From assembly GCA_963748285.1 (NCBI GenBank), contig CAVVIF010000009.1:1171217-1235216 (forward strand): 64,000 nucleotides of DNA. The letters are read 5' to 3'. Of the stretch, positions 63,226 to 64,000 are shown one piece after another. The number at the start of each line of letters is the position of its first letter. Position 1 is the first letter of the stretch. Below the pieces are notes generated by a model. It was not told where the DNA came from. It made no database searches and was given only the letters and a program-made list of their open reading frames with translations. Origin of the DNA: an uncultured Microthrixaceae bacterium (lineage in GTDB: Bacteria > Actinomycetota > Acidimicrobiia > Acidimicrobiales > DATDAH01). Position numbers and translations under genes: made by a program.

Positions 63226-64000
63226 ATGAACGAAGTGGTCGCGGGAACAGCATGGCATGCCCTGTCCCCGGAACGAATCGCCGAGCTGCTGGACACCGAT
63301 CTGGAGCGGGGCCTGGCGGCCGCCGAAGCCACCGACCGGCTCGCCCGCTTCGGGCCCAACCGGCTGAAGGAGGAGTCCAAGGCGTCGGTCTGGGCGGTCG
63401 CCCTGGGCCAGCTCCGGGACCCGATGAACATCATGCTCGTCGTGGTCGCCATCGCCAGCGCGATCATCGGCCAGGCGTCCACGGCGTTCGTCGTCATTCT
63501 CCTCGTCCTCCTCAACCTCGCCCTCGGGACCCGCCAGGAGCTCGCGGCGCGGGCCAGCGTCGACGCCCTGGCCCAGATGCAGGTGCCGGAGGCCCGCGTC
63601 GTCCGGGACGGCTCGCTGGTGGCCATCCCGGCCTTCGAGGTCGTTCCCGGCGATCTGCTGGCGGTCGAGTCGGGTGACATCGTCGCCGCCGACGGGCGGC
63701 TCATCCGCGCCGCCAACCTCGAGACCCAGGAGGCCGCCCTCACCGGCGAGAGCGCGCCCATCGCCAAGGATGCCGGCGTGGTCGAGGGCGACGACACGGC
63801 GCTGGGCGATCGGACCGACATGGTGTTCCAGAACACCTCGGTGACCCGCGGCACCGGCTCGGTGATCGTGACCACCACCGGCATGGAGACCGAGGTCGGC
63901 AAGATCGCCGGCCTCCTGCAGTCCGTCGACCGCACCAAGTCGCCGCTCCAGCAGCAGCTCGACGGCCTCACCAAGTGGCTCGGCATCGTGGCCTGGACCG
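63226..64000 (+). CDS. Cation-transporting P-type ATPase (type II), runs off the window edge
   Basis: Manual translation MNEVVAGTAWH...GL...FGPNRL...ADGRL...EAALTGES...TGMETEVGKIA; TGES actuator motif. Confidence 0.92.
   Translation, partial: MNEVVAGTAWHALSPERIAELLDTDLERGLAAAEATDRLARFGPNRLKEESKASVWAVALGQLRDPMNIMLVVVAIASAIIGQASTAFVVILLVLLNLALGTRQELAARASVDALAQMQVPEARVVRDGSLVAIPAFEVVPGDLLAVESGDIVAADGRLIRAANLETQEAALTGESAPIAKDAGVVEGDDTALGDRTDMVFQNTSVTRGTGSVIVTTTGMETEVGKIAGLLQSVDRTKSPLQQQLDGLTKWLGIVAWT

Overview
Very GC-rich actinobacterial chromosomal segment, most likely Acidimicrobiia (inferred from gene order and the extended GlmS). A conserved minus-strand housekeeping backbone (truA, rplM, rpsI, glmM, glmS, acpS, nnr, alr, udg, tsaE, tsaB, rimI, tsaD, CIRCE-groES-groEL, guaB3, guaA) is interrupted at several points by accessory genes with a shared membrane/pH-stress theme: SHOCT and small DUF proteins, DUF2252, an HdeD-like protein, NhaP, SulP, ThrE, MFS transporters and glutamate decarboxylase. 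A full arginine deiminase cluster with three transporters lies at the right end. The most intriguing element is at 29-37 kb: three paralogous membrane kinase-fold proteins (one with intact catalytic motifs and no flippase domain, two pseudokinase-like and fused to an LPG-synthase/flippase-type domain) arranged with a PAP2 phosphatase and a GTDC1/QTMAN-like glycosyltransferase. Also notable are a recurring TCAY-N9-GTGA upstream motif, a 1152-aa GlmS and a 50-aa ORF missing from the ORF track. Many genes, including alr and nnr, carry single-base frameshifts that look like long-read indel errors. I saw no rRNA, tRNA, CRISPR, integrase or transposase. Family names come from motif recognition, not database searches.
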